DNA of 62,073 nt, counting the filler, from Trichosphaerium sp. ATCC 40318 (taxonomy: Eukaryota; Protista; Tubulinea), in assembly GCA_038496445.1 (NCBI GenBank). It is 3 parts of 3 records of this genome, joined end to end, with 100 filler letters (N's around TTAATTAATTAA, not from the genome) between each part and the next. Parts side by side here need not be neighbours in the genome. Positions count along the whole stretch, not along the records: positions 20,825 to 44,643 come from JALMLS010000614.1; 2 more parts are not named here. One strand, written 5' to 3'. A model generated the notes under the pieces. It was not told the origin of the DNA, searched no databases, and was given only the letters and a program-made list of their open reading frames with translations. Position numbers and translations under genes: made by a program. This document shows, piece after piece, positions 22,739-34,759 of the stretch (positions are counted from its first letter, which is position 1; every line of letters begins with the position of its first letter).

Positions 22739-24699
22739 TGGGCGATGTTGGTTATGAGGATATAAGCCTTGAAGATAATTTGCTAGGCGTTGTGTCTGAT
22801 AAGACTACGTTTACGAAAGTACGCGCTAACTGTATAACGTACAAGCACTTATATGCCTCAGGATGAAATAACTGCAGCAGGTGACGCGTTGATTCGTAGT
22901 GGAGACAAATGGGCTGCTCGTAGCTTGCTCCGTGCTATGTTCTTGCCACAGGCAACCTCCACGTAAGATTTTTGCCCAACTCTCACACTAGCGTGTTTCT
23001 AACTTTGCCAAAAACAGAGATCCGCCTACTACAACTGAAATCTTCAACGCAGCAGTAATTCTACATGTCAAAGGGACGTTTTTATGCCCGCTCGATCAAA
23101 ACTGCCGCTTTCTGTATCTAACAAGTAAATTTAGGCGCTAAACGTTCAACTCGTAGTATTTTAAAGCGATTTATAACAAAGGTAACGCGTTAAATTGATC
23201 TAACTTCTAAAAACGGCTAAACTTGCATCTAACGCTACGAAAAGGAAGATATTGTGCCTTCTTTGATGCTACACATGGCAAGTTGGAGTTTAATAAATGA
23301 TTACCCGAGAATCGGGCAACAACTCATGTCAAAGGTAATTTCTACGCCATAGAATGACGAAAACATCATTGGTTTCTTATCATTTTGATTTTCAACAGAA
23401 AACTGACGTATTTTTGTTTCAAATCGAAGATCGTTCTTTTTTTCGTTTATACCTCTTAGGTCGATCATCCTGATCCGGAAAAACTGTGTCAAGCAGCAAT
23501 ATCATGTTTTGAAGTACGTTATTTGGTGTAAACCATGAAGTTTAGAGTCATTTCGGAAGTTTTATTTAAAGACCTTTAGAAAAAAGAAAGAGACTTAGCA
23601 AAGTCATTACTTGTTGATGCTAAGGCTTGTCATGATAGTCAAGACATTATTGTAAAGACTATGCATAAAGGTATTAAGAAGTTATATGAATCTAAATACG
23701 AACCACCACATGATACATTGATCTATATGCTCCGTGTACGCCACAAACTGTTTTTCAAAAAAAAAAAAAAAAAAAAAAAAAGGAAAAATTGCAACTGGTC
23801 AATACAATTTCGTCACAAGCTCGATTTGACGTTATACTTTTTTAGGCTCTATGTAATTTATTGACTGATGAAAGTCCCTTGACTGCTTGGGCACCATTAA
23901 AGGAGTTATCAGAGTTCTGTCATTCGCTTACATCAAGCTCTGAAGTTGAGCTATTTTATATTGTTTCATACTGGGAAATTACAGAAATAATTATTACTCA
24001 TATTGTAGATCAAGGTGCACCTGACTCAAATAACTACCTCCTAATGGCGGAAGTACGTATAATTTCTTTAACTTAAATTTAATAACTTGAACCAATAGTG
24101 CTTACTCCGTCGCGATCACTCATCTCTGTTATCGGAGAAATTTTTAGATAAAGCACACGTGCGTTGCGGGTTTTTTTTGGTCTTCTCGTGCTGATGTTCC
24201 TCAATAGGAATACTGTAAAGAAGCAATAAAGTTGAATAACCAAGACTTTCACGTATACAAAGTCCAAGGTACGCTAAGGTGTAGATAGCACTTATTAACG
24301 TAATTTGTTTTCTTTTTTGTCTTTTGTTTTCTTCTTTTTTTCTTTTTCGTTGTAATTGTTCCAAGTCGTTAAATCCCACGTTCGAAAAATCTTTTACATT
24401 ATTCGAAGAGTAGTATTTCGTTGTTAGATAAATATGTATTTTTGTTGTGATAGGTATAACTAACTCTTTTTTTGAAAACAGCTGAGATTTATTGTCATTT
24501 TGCTGATAAATATCAAACTGATCCGGATAAATTCAAAGCTTTTACGGAGAGTAAAGTAAATGCCATGGAGTGTTTAGATAAAGCAATAAGTCTATTAAAG
24601 ACACAAAAAGGACGTGCAAAATATGTATCACGCTTAGAAGAAAGAAAAAAGGAGGTTGTCAATGAAACACATAAATACGAGAAATACCACATTAGCTAA
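22739..24699 (+). CDS. Hypothetical helical (TPR-like) protein, multi-exon
   Basis: Chain of short exons bounded by GTAC../AG starting MGDVGYEDISLEDNLL; last exon KTAEIYCHFADKY...AMECLDKAISLLK is TPR-like; family not recognised. Confidence 0.45.
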
Positions 24700-24874
24700 A
24701 AAACAAAAAAAAAAAAATAAAAATAAATCCATTGTAAAATAAACATAATTTAGTTAGTAGCTAAATTGTACACAAACTAAATAAAGTGTCAACAAAAGGA
24801 ACGGAAACCAAGAACTATTTCCGTACTTTGACAGCTAGTAAATGACAGACCTCTTCAGGTAGTTGTTTGAGTTT

Positions 24875-25930
24875 TTACTTTATTAAACTTGAAACAATGG
24901 CTATTCTGCTTCCTGCTGCTTTCGGAAATATGCGTGTAGTAGTTGCTCTTCTATTGATTTTGCAACAGCTTTTCCAAGTAGTTCGTATCCATCCTTATTG
25001 TAGTGTACACAACCTAATTTAAAAACACGTCAAATCGATGAACAAAAAATGACTACTAAAAAATACCTTCATTTTGGATCGAACAAGAGGTATAGTTCGA
25101 GTGGCAAACATCATCAACAACCTTATGTAGATCATCTATAAAGTTAATACTGTGTTCTTTCATAACTTCAAGAGCCCCTATATTGTACTCGAGTACTGAA
25201 TCCTCACTTGTATGTACACTACAAGACTAAAACATGTTACCAATTAATTCACTTTTCATATTCAAAAAGTACATTTGTAGTGTTAGGCGAAGGGACTGGT
25301 GTTGTCGTAGCCCACATGAGTGTTGCATTAGTGAGTTTAAGCGTTTGTATTATTTTGCCAAGATTTTCTTTATACTTTGGTAATTCAACGTATTGAAACC
25401 CGTTATCACGTGTGTTAATATCGTGAAGACCAAAATTGAAATGGATGATATCTATGGATACAACAGGTTTTGTATAAATCCATGCTTTGATAATAGTTAA
25501 TATAATTCGATACTATATGATTACCATCCATGCATATGAGTCCCTTTACAGTATTGGCTGCGCCACCATCAAATTGTGGTGGGTTGTGAATGACATTAGC
25601 CTAAAGAAACATTTTACTGCAAAATATTCGTCCTGTTCAAGATACTTTTCCCTCCAGTATTTGCTCTACTACTGGCCAGTATCCCAAAGAAACAGAATCG
25701 CCAATTATCAATACTGTAGGTAGCGAAGCATCCACGGTGTAAGCTATTGGACAACAAGCTGCAAAAGGTGGCTTATTGTTTGTTAGTACGATGTGGCGAA
25801 TACAGCGCAAACTTGCCTGCTTACCGCACCATTTATTTAGGCACGTGCCAATACATGTATCTGGCGCTTGAGAAAAACAGGCGTTAATCGCTATAAATAC
25901 GAATAGAAGCACTGTGAGTGAAGGAGACAT
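24875..25930 (-). CDS. Secreted SGNH/GDSL hydrolase
   Basis: Signal peptide, Cys-rich linker, block I VLIIGDSVS, block II GGAANT, block III IIHFNFGLHD, WATTTPVP, block V CVHY. Confidence 0.88.
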
Positions 25931-26205
25931 TATTTGCACGAAAAGAAAGTTGGTTGACATTTCTATCTCGACTTAGGTAGCTCTCCTTAGCCAAACAAAC
26001 TTAGAAGCTGTTAGCACGTTTACCTTCCCTGACCAGGTACCACAACTCACGTGTACATGGTACTTTACTACGTACAAGGTGGGAAGTCACGTGATAAAGA
26101 CCAAGTAACTTGGGGACGATTTTTGAAGTGTCTTCACTCTAACCAATAGTATTTTGCAATAGATGTATTCAAAGGTATTTATTAACAGGTGCATTTAGTT
26201 AGTAC

Positions 26206-26538
26206 TCAATGAAGTACTTGGCCCTTTTTACTGTTGGAAAGGACTTGTACTTTTTCTTGTGTTTGTACTTTATCATCATGGGTCTTTGTGCTTTTATCAT
26301 GGCGCTTTGATGAGAAGAGTTTTTTGTACCAAGGGACTTTGGTCTTTTTGGTCTTTGTTTCCTTCAGTTGCTTCTTCTTGCGGCGAGCTTCTTTGTGCTT
26401 TTTCTTTGTTGCTCTACTACCGTGGTGTGTGTATACTCCTGGGCTGTTATTCGCGGCTACTGCCGTCATTAAGGCCAAATTAGTTGTGCATGCGAAGGAT
26501 GCTGTGTTACATGCGAAGGATGCCGAGTTGCAGTACAT
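26206..26538 (-). CDS. Small Lys-rich hypothetical protein
   Basis: Open frame from MYCNSASFAC to a Lys-rich tail; no family recognised. Confidence 0.35.
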   Translation of the reverse strand: MYCNSASFACNTASFACTTNLALMTAVAANNSPGVYTHHGSRATKKKHKEARRKKKQLKETKTKKTKVPWYKKLFSSKRHDKSTKTHDDKVQTQEKVQVLSNSKKGQVLH

Positions 26539-26604
26539 TGGTGGTTGTTTATGTTTTGATTTTATGTAGACCCAATTCAACGCGACTTAACTTGTATATT
26601 TCAC

Positions 26605-27480
26605 TAGTGGTTGAAAGTTAACGGCTCAGCTCTAAATGACTTTTCAAACAAAAACAACTCTATTTAACCGGCTAACCGGCTCCAAATTGTTACAATAAAA
26701 CACGTGTTTGGAAATTTATTTGTAGCTTATGTAGTCTAAGTACTTAGCATTAACTGCAGCACAAACTTGCAGTTCTAGAGATTTTGTACTCAGACTAGTA
26801 CGTTTGCTTGTCATCACAATAGAACCACAAGAAAATACTCTCTCAACTGTTGCGGAACTTCCTGGTATTCCTAAGTACACTCTAGCCAAAGCTGAAAGGA
26901 GAAAGTAAGAACGGTTGCCACTCCACCATGTTAATGCACACTGGTTTAGGGCAAGTGCTGCATCCGTCTGTATTGCTTCAGTTCTTTGGCAATCTAAGAA
27001 AAAAAGAAAATAAAAGTTTTCAAAAAAAAAAAAGAATCCGAGGATCAAGAGCGGAAGCAACATGTTACTTGCCATTGATCTTTGTAGAACCCATCTCAGT
27101 AACAAATTGTCTAAGCACACTTGATCTTCATGCAATAGCGTAGGGTTTGCTTTGAATCCCATTGAGGTGAGCGATAGTTGTTTCAGCTGGGCTTTTGTTC
27201 CATCGTTTAAGCACAATTTACAAACTTGTAAATGCTTGCGAAGTGTATCAGTCTGGAGTTGCGACTGAATGGTGCTTGACAATAGGCACAAAAAACCTTA
27301 TCAGGCGAGTCTATCATCAATGTTCTTGTTAGTAGACGTTTTTTGGTTCCGCTACTTGGTGGTTCAGCCATTGAAATTGGTATTTAGAACGGAAACGATT
27401 AAGTCAATTAAGTCATTTATTTTTTTCGTAACAGCCAAATGACTAAGCCGGTTAAATAAGCCGTTTACCTACAACCACTA
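26605..27480 (-). mobile_element. Non-autonomous hAT-superfamily DNA transposon (876 bp)
   Basis: 8-bp TSD TATTTCAC (26597-26604 and 27481-27488); imperfect ~22-bp TIRs TAGTGGTTGaaagTtAACGGCT; internal hAT dimerisation domain (WW...LSALARVYLGIPGSSATVERVFS) and a frameshifted BED-finger remnant (CAYC...TLRKHL). Confidence 0.9.
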
Positions 27481-29001
27481 TATTTCACTGAATTCCCGTA
27501 TTTTCTCCAGTGTGACTTCTTTTAATGGATTTGCATTGTCACGCTACAGAACTCTTCGCCCAATTATTACGAGAAAATTAGGGTTGGTTCAAGTCAGAAT
27601 AAGTAAACCCAACAAAAAAACCGGGGGTTAGCTGAAACGACCATAAATACGGGAGCAGCCATCTGCCATTCGTAGTAGTTCATGTCCGTGGCGTATTGTA
27701 CCTGTTGAGATTTCTTTCAGTCCAGAATACTCTGTGACCAAAAAAAGTACTCATAGCACTAAAGTTGCACAAACTAACTCTCTGGGCGAAAAATTGGATA
27801 AGGGTGGCGGTAGTAACACATAAAAGAAGTTTATTTACACTAGATAGAGGTGGTAGTTTGATTACAGGCGTGCGTTATCTACAAATATTGTTGTTCGGCC
27901 AAACTGGTGTTTTTTGGGTATTTTTTTGGCCTTATGTACAGTTATGATTTTTTTTTGAATATCTCGGTCTAAAGTGCTGCATGATGCTTTCTGCCGACAG
28001 AAGGGCCATCATGGAGATCTTGTATACCTTCCATCTCGTCACCGGAACATATGCTAGCGTCTAGAAACGTTGTTACGTTTTAAACAAAAAGTAGTAAAAA
28101 TGAAGGAATCTCATGTGTTGAAAGTCATCTCACCTCGTATCACGTGATAATCACGAACAGATAACAATTTTTTCATAATAAAGAACGCACTAGCACGTTC
28201 TCTCTTTGCTAGAATAGGTTCTACAACCTAACCGTAGTGAGCACACACTTGAGAACGCAGAGTTCAGTTTGTTGAAACCACTTTAAAAAAAACACGTCTT
28301 ACCTCTATTAACCGCTCAAACATACGTTTTGCAACGCGCTCATATGATGCTACACCCACTTCATATACGTTAGAGCCATCGCATAGTAAGATACGAAAGT
28401 AAGGATCTACGTTTTACCATTTAGAGTCGTTAAAATGAATCAATGTCGTACTCTTTGTAAGCCAGTTCACTGGCATACGGTATGCTTGAAATATAAAGTG
28501 TTGTGATCGTCGTATTTGTTTCCATAGCGTTTTATTGGTCTTAGTTTCTTTTAGTTTACTCCAAGCACTGTGTTTTGCTACACGGTAAGACATTGTTTCC
28601 CTGGGTAACACGTTGGCAATTAATGTAACTTGAGTCGTTAAGTTAACCCGGAAGAATAAAGAAAGTTCCTCCAAGCCCATCATGGGAACTTTGAAAGTAC
28701 CCTAGCAATACCTTTGATCAATCACCAGTCTACCCGAAAAACACAACGACAATTCTATTCTGCAAAGTGAGTAAGCTTAATTAGCCCTTTAAGTAAGTGA
28801 TTCGTGACACGACACTCAGACTTGATGATCACATCCACCCCATTACATAACAGGCTTGACACCTGGGCAGAAGTAAACCCGGCTAGACATTCTTGAGTGG
28901 CAGCGCACTAGCTTTATTGAGATACGCTCATGCAAGGACTTTGTTGAACAGCTCTGACTGTTGTAGTTCTTTTTATTGTGGCTGTATGTACAATTAAATG
29001 T

Positions 29002-32000
29002 CATGGAAACGAGTGCAGGCATAACAAAACAGAATACTCAGCTCGTAGCTAGATTAACTCTAAATCTTGTACAACAATTAGCAAATTCACCTCAAGACAC
29101 AAATGGTTTATTCCAACGAGCGTTTAATAGCCTTGGCGCCAAAATACCAATCAACCAAAGTTTGACTGACAGAGCTACCCTTATAAACGTAATTAAAAAA
29201 GGCCGTACGTTATAAGTACCAAGTTAAAGCTAATTATTTTAAATAGTTGCAAAAAATCCCAACGATCGCGCGAGTGCCAAACGGTTTGATGAGTTGGTAA
29301 CGAAATTGAGCCAGTGCAAGCCAATAAAACGAAAATGGGCGGTGTTATACGTACTTCAGGCGTTACAGCGCAAACGCACCTCTAGTTCCGTCCCGTCATA
29401 CGCACAGCCTTTAAAACCTATATCGGCTGTGAAACAGCCTAGAAAGTCATCTGGCAACCACTCTTCATTACGTGGGCGAAACTTACCAATACAGAGTACG
29501 CGCAATTGCTACTTGATACATAAATAACGGATTATGAAAGTGATTGGATCTTTATCGGAGAGAGAAATTGTTCGTGATGTCCTATACGTACTACAGGGTG
29601 TAGACGGTCAATTACTACAGAAAACCGCAAGCGGATACGCCTTTAACGCACAAGTAAGTGATAAAATACTGTTTGACACGCAAACAAACCATCCTGGTTT
29701 TTTGTTTGTTTGCCTTTGTCTTCAAACTCTTTATTCCAAATCGCTAAATCATTGGTTGGGTTGGGATGGACATCCCTCGATCGACACAAATACTGTTATC
29801 ATGGTTTGGTGAGATGGGTGACATGTATGTCAAGATTGCCAAATTGATTGAAGAAACACGAAAGACAAAAGGTGCTATCACTCGTGCATTTGGAGAAGGC
29901 CTTGGAAACGAGATACAGTCATACTACCGATTACTTGCATCCCTAAGAAGCTCTTTGGATATGAAGGAGACCCTTACTCTTCGTAGACTGACTTCATGGG
30001 CCGCAGCACCGAAGGTACAAAATCGTTTGATGAAGTTTTTCTTTTGATGAAAACTTTCGGTTGGTATCCATGTCGGGGATCTCTTAAAGTTGTAAGTGCA
30101 CGATTGACGTATTTTTAGCATCGTTTACATTGGCTTTGTCGTGTTGTATCCAGCTACACCTCTGGCACCCCAATTTTGGATGTTCTTTATCAGCATGCTC
30201 AACACGGAGACCCTATTGTTGTAGATATTGCTAGAACTCTTAGTGAAGGTGTTTATAAACCTCTCATGGCTCATGTTCGTCGTTGGATCTTCCAAGGTGA
30301 ACTTGACGATCCTCACTCTGAGTTTTTTGTTGAACTTCAAGAAATTACTGAATCTAATAATGTATGGGACGAGGCGTATACGCTTGAATCAGAACGTATA
30401 CCGCCACTAATAACAAAGCGTTTGGCAAAGAATGTACGCCATTTCAAAGGAAATGCGAAGAAGAACATAGAGTTTTTTGTTTTCGAAAGTCATTTTTTTA
30501 TTGACTTTTTTTTTTGTAGATCTACGATATTGGTAAATCTATCCACTTTTTGAGAAGCTACTGCAATGACGGGGAGTGGATTGCTTATACGTTTGATAAG
30601 CTTAATAGATTGGCTGATAATGTTCATGTATCGGCACTTTCAAGGCTTGAAAATGTTTGTCAACGCGTTAGATCTGAGACAGATTCTCGGCTTTTATCGC
30701 TTATCCGAGATAAATATAACGTACTGGAACACTCTAGGGCTATTAAAAGTTACATATTATTATGCCAAGGTGACTTTGTGCATACTTTAATACGTCTATT
30801 GAGGTAAGAAAGAGGAAAACATTTCTCTCGGATTTCTTTTTTTTTCTTACTTTTTGGTGTTTAGCCCAGAGCTAGCTGCTCCAGCATCTTCAATGTATCG
30901 CCATAACTTGCTTAACATTCTATCAAATGCTATGGACTCTAGTAACGCACAATATGAGAAGGAAGATATCCGCGCAAGGCTCGATGTCGCTCTATTCCCA
31001 GTAAGATTCCCTTCTTTTTTGAAAGCACTGAGTGTTCATAGGATCGAGGAGAAACCGGCTGGGATGTGTTCTCATTAGATTACCATTTCAGAGTACCTCT
31101 CAATGTAATATTTACAGCAGATTCTATGAGCAAGTAAGTTAGAAAAAAACAAGTAATTTTTTGAATTCGGAGCCTTTGTTTACGCGCGCTTAGATATCGA
31201 GAAATCTCTGCATTCCTGATCCAAATAAAACGCGTTGAGTATGTTCTTTCAGGTCTTTGGCATAAACACATGGAAGTTCACAGACTCGTAAAACCCGTTT
31301 ACGAAATAAGTACGTGCTCTGTTTTAATGCGTTTTTACGCCTTTACTCCACTATTGGATGGCGAACAAACACGTAAACGTCAACTGCAAAAAGGAAAAAA
31401 ACAATTCTCTAACTTTGTCTCAGGAACACTTTTACACCACTGCAACGCATTGCGTAACGAGATGATACAGTTTGTGGTATCTCTACAATACTATGTCATG
31501 TTCCATGTTGTCGAGACGGAATGGCAGAACTACGTTGAGGCTTTAAACAAAGCTAAGCACTTGGATGACGTTATACAAGCACACGACACTTATCTACAAA
31601 ATATTTATTTCGGAGTGCTGTATCACACCTCTCCAACTATTCTTCAAGACAAAACACATGCCATCCGTAAAACGCTACTAGCTCTTATGGCTCTCATGAT
31701 TAAATTCGAAAAATCCCAAAGCTCACTTGTAGACGCTGCTGTTAAGGTGGCAAATGCTAGAATGTCAGAAGAGGAGGTAGACCCAGAACGAGACGAAACT
31801 GAAGCCGTGGACTGGCAATTTCAGGAGCACGTTGATGGCGTGTTCAAGGTGGAGTTCGCTAAGATTTACAACGAATATAAAACATTGCTTGGTGCATTGT
31901 ATAACCAAAAACTCGCTTTTTTGTTGCCTAAGAATCAATAAAACGACGAACCTGCGTATGACCAGTTTGTTGAGTGGTTTTTTTTTTTTGCCGCGGCGGA

Positions 32001-32050
32001 AAAAAGACTGAGTGAACCCTGTTTAGGCTCGATCGCTGCGCGCGTACTGA
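29002..32050 (+). CDS. TUBGCP3: Gamma-tubulin complex component 3 (Spc98/GCP3)
   Basis: LSEREIVRDVLYVLQGVDG, HGDP, RWIFQGELDDPHSEFFV, AIKSYILLCQGDF, HNL..IL...SSNAQYE, GWDVFSLDY, LQYYVMFHVVE; terminal exons uncertain. Confidence 0.92.
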
Positions 32051-32282
32051 GTGGTGTTTTCAGACCGATTCTTAGGCTTTGTGGGCAGAAAGCTGAATAA
32101 TTTGTCTTGGAGGAAATTTTTCTGTCATTTAAACTAATAGCGTAGTGGCAATAATGAATATATTACGACAGGAGTGCGAATTGCCCACCAAGTGAATAGT
32201 TACGAAACTGAATAGCATATTACGCCAATATGCTTATGAACACCCTTGTTTGACATCTCTGAGTTTAGCTGGCGAGATCTGA

Positions 32283-32697
32283 TTAGTTCGAGTTTCTTGC
32301 CTTTAATTCGTTGTCTGCGAGCTCTTTGAAAAGCGTTTTTACAGCCTGTATTCAGTATTACTAACGAGAGGTTAAATACTCAAATACGTACGTGTTTATC
32401 AACGCAGTGATGCCAATCGTAAAATTGGTAGCGACAATGTGCTTCCGGTGTATTGTTTGCCTTCATAGCTGGAATCCTTCCCAAGCAATCTTGGTAAATG
32501 TTGAACCATTTCATGCAGCTTGGTCTAGCCAAAGCTCTGTGCTAATGTAATACTTAGCTTTGGTATGCGCCTAAAAAACAATTGTTTCATACTTTAGAGA
32601 AAACTTCGCATTGGTAGTCCTTGTATTCTTCCCATTGTGGGTGTCCAGCGTAGTATTCTTCGTCGGTGTGATTAGAGAGTGTTGGGTTAAGAGCCAT
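32283..32697 (-). CDS. QCR6: Cytochrome bc1 hinge protein (QCR6/UQCRH)
   Basis: Spliced PSCMKWFNIYQDCLGRI...EAHCRYQFYDWHHCVDKH-AVKTLFKEL matches the hinge pattern C....YQ.C..RI...HC..Q.FD.W.C.D.....LF..L; acidic N-terminus. Confidence 0.8.
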
Positions 32698-32837
32698 TGT
32701 GTTGTTCTCAAAGAAGCTTACGACCTTTTTTTTTCGGTGAGACTGTTTGACCACTCTCGACCTCTCCGCGCTTCTGTTTTTGTCCGTTACCAATACGCTC
32801 GAACGGATTCATTAGGCTGCAGCGTGACTAACTAACC

Positions 32838-34369
32838 ATGTCGCAAAGAGTACGCGATAAAGTGTTAACTTATATACTTTGAGTTGATAAAATACTTGTA
32901 GAGTCGCCTCACTAAAAAGCAGAAGGACTCAGTACGCAAATAATGGCAATTAATTTTGCTCTTAACAACTCATCGTAGGTGCGAAACTTTCGCGCTTTCA
33001 CCAGTGCAAGGTACTACGAGTGTTGAATTGATTTGTCAGATATTGGTGTTTTGTTTAATATTTTACAAACACAAAAAAACCCTAAGCGATTAGCTGCTAA
33101 CAGCTGTTTTCAGCGAAAAAGTTGCCATAGAGGTTCTCAACAGGCACAAGTGGAACATTGAGGTTTGAAAAAATAAGAATCTTTGGCTATCTTGCCTCTT
33201 ATTTACGCCTGATAGGTTGCCGTTGACGACTACTTCGCAAATCCTCCATCCATAGTAATAGATGATGATGAGCCTGAAATAAGCGACAGCAAAATACAAA
33301 AACTTTGGAAAAAGTATTGCACTGAAGAAGAAGGTGAAGAATATATAGGAGAGGAAGAAATGGAGAAGTTTTTCCAAGACATTAACGTACGTTCTTGCTA
33401 TCTTTGTTTTTTTGCTTCTAGTTTCGCCCAAAACCCAGATAAAGGAACTGTTTCAATAAGATCTGCTTTTTTGGCTTGTTTTTTGCGTCCTCGATGTCTT
33501 ATTTTTGTTTAGGTTGATCCTGCTGAGATTACTTCTTTGATTTTGGCTTGGTTGTTTGATGCAAAGACTCTTGGAGAGTTTTCAAAGGAAGAGTTTGTAG
33601 AAGGTTTGAAAAGCCTTAGGTATGTTGTTTGCATTATCTCTTGCTCTCTTTACGCGAAGATATGTGTTGTTACGACATTACAACGCTGTGAAAAAAAATA
33701 CTTTGATTTTTTTGGTTTTTTGTGACAGTTTCTTGTTTCTCATTTTAAATTATCGTATTGTGTGCGCGTAGCATGTGCATATACTAACGTTAATTATTAG
33801 ATGTGAAAGCATCGCAGACTTGAAGAAAAAGTCAAAAAACTTAAAACAGGAAATTAACAACGCCAAGTCCTTTAAAGAGTTTTACACTTTCGTTTTCACA
33901 TTCGCTAAGAGCGACGATGCACGCGTCCTTGGTACCAGGAGTTTTTTTTGTACTTTTTACAAATATTGAATCTAACCCATTACCATAGACATGGATATGG
34001 CTATTTTCCTTTGGGGTCTCTGCTTGTCAAATAGTTTTAAGTTCTTACCGGATTGGGTTGAATTTCTAAAGGTACACAACGCAGCATTTTACAAAATCTT
34101 TTTTTTTTTTCTTATTCAGATATTAATGGTTTATAGGCAAAGCACAACAACCCAATTAGCAAAGATACATGGAACCTCTTGTTGGAGTTCTCCAAATCTG
34201 TCAATGACAATATGAAGAACTACGACGCTGAAGGCGCGTGGCCTGTTCTTATTGATGAATTTGTTGGTACGTTTTAAAAGCAAGTTTAGACATGTCGACA
34301 ACTTTTTTCACCACAATCAATTTTAACCGATTTTGTTTTTTAGAATGGTACCTTGAAACAAAACAATAA
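32838..34369 (+). CDS. DCN1: DCN1-like cullin neddylation protein (UBA-like + PONY domain)
   Basis: [14 protein letters not shown]...WNIEVAVDDYF; VDP...[23 protein letters not shown]; [13 protein letters not shown]; [12 protein letters not shown]; [16 protein letters not shown]. Confidence 0.95.
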
Positions 34370-34759
34370 AGCCATAAAGAACCTATAGGTACTTTCTTGA
34401 CTCGCGTTACGTGTATTTAAAAATAGTGCCTACACGTAATGTGATGAATACATTTGTACACGTGATTTAATGGGATAAATAAATCTACTTTCTGCGCTAG
34501 CTAGGTCCTTTTTTTGATGTTCAATTAAATCCTGACGAGGGCTACTTGTGAGATGAGACTACGTTACTTTTTGATTTGCTATTTTATTTTGGTGGGTCTT
34601 CATTTTCCATGATAGTTAGCTACATCTAGTAAGTTTGTTTTTTGTTGTAGTTATGTCGTTTATTGCCAACACTATATATTTAATCGTTTGCTAAGTTTGA
34701 TAAGTTTTGTTGAATTTTTACCAAAATTACAGCCGGCGTTACCTACAAAAGCATCTCTT

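Noticed and set aside
23757-23782. Long poly(A) run suggesting a retrocopy tail
   Set aside because: Lies within an apparent intron (GTACGC...TTTAG); no TSD or upstream retro-sequence.
27580-27640. GGTTCAAGTC B-box-like motif suggesting a tRNA
   Set aside because: No cloverleaf or A-box could be built.
27500-28900. Possible short minus-strand gene(s), including ORF 28414-28683
   Set aside because: Could not assemble a convincing spliced model or recognise a family.
34441-34535. GTGATGA...CTGA possible C/D snoRNA
   Set aside because: No terminal stem and no rRNA-complementary guide that I could recognise.
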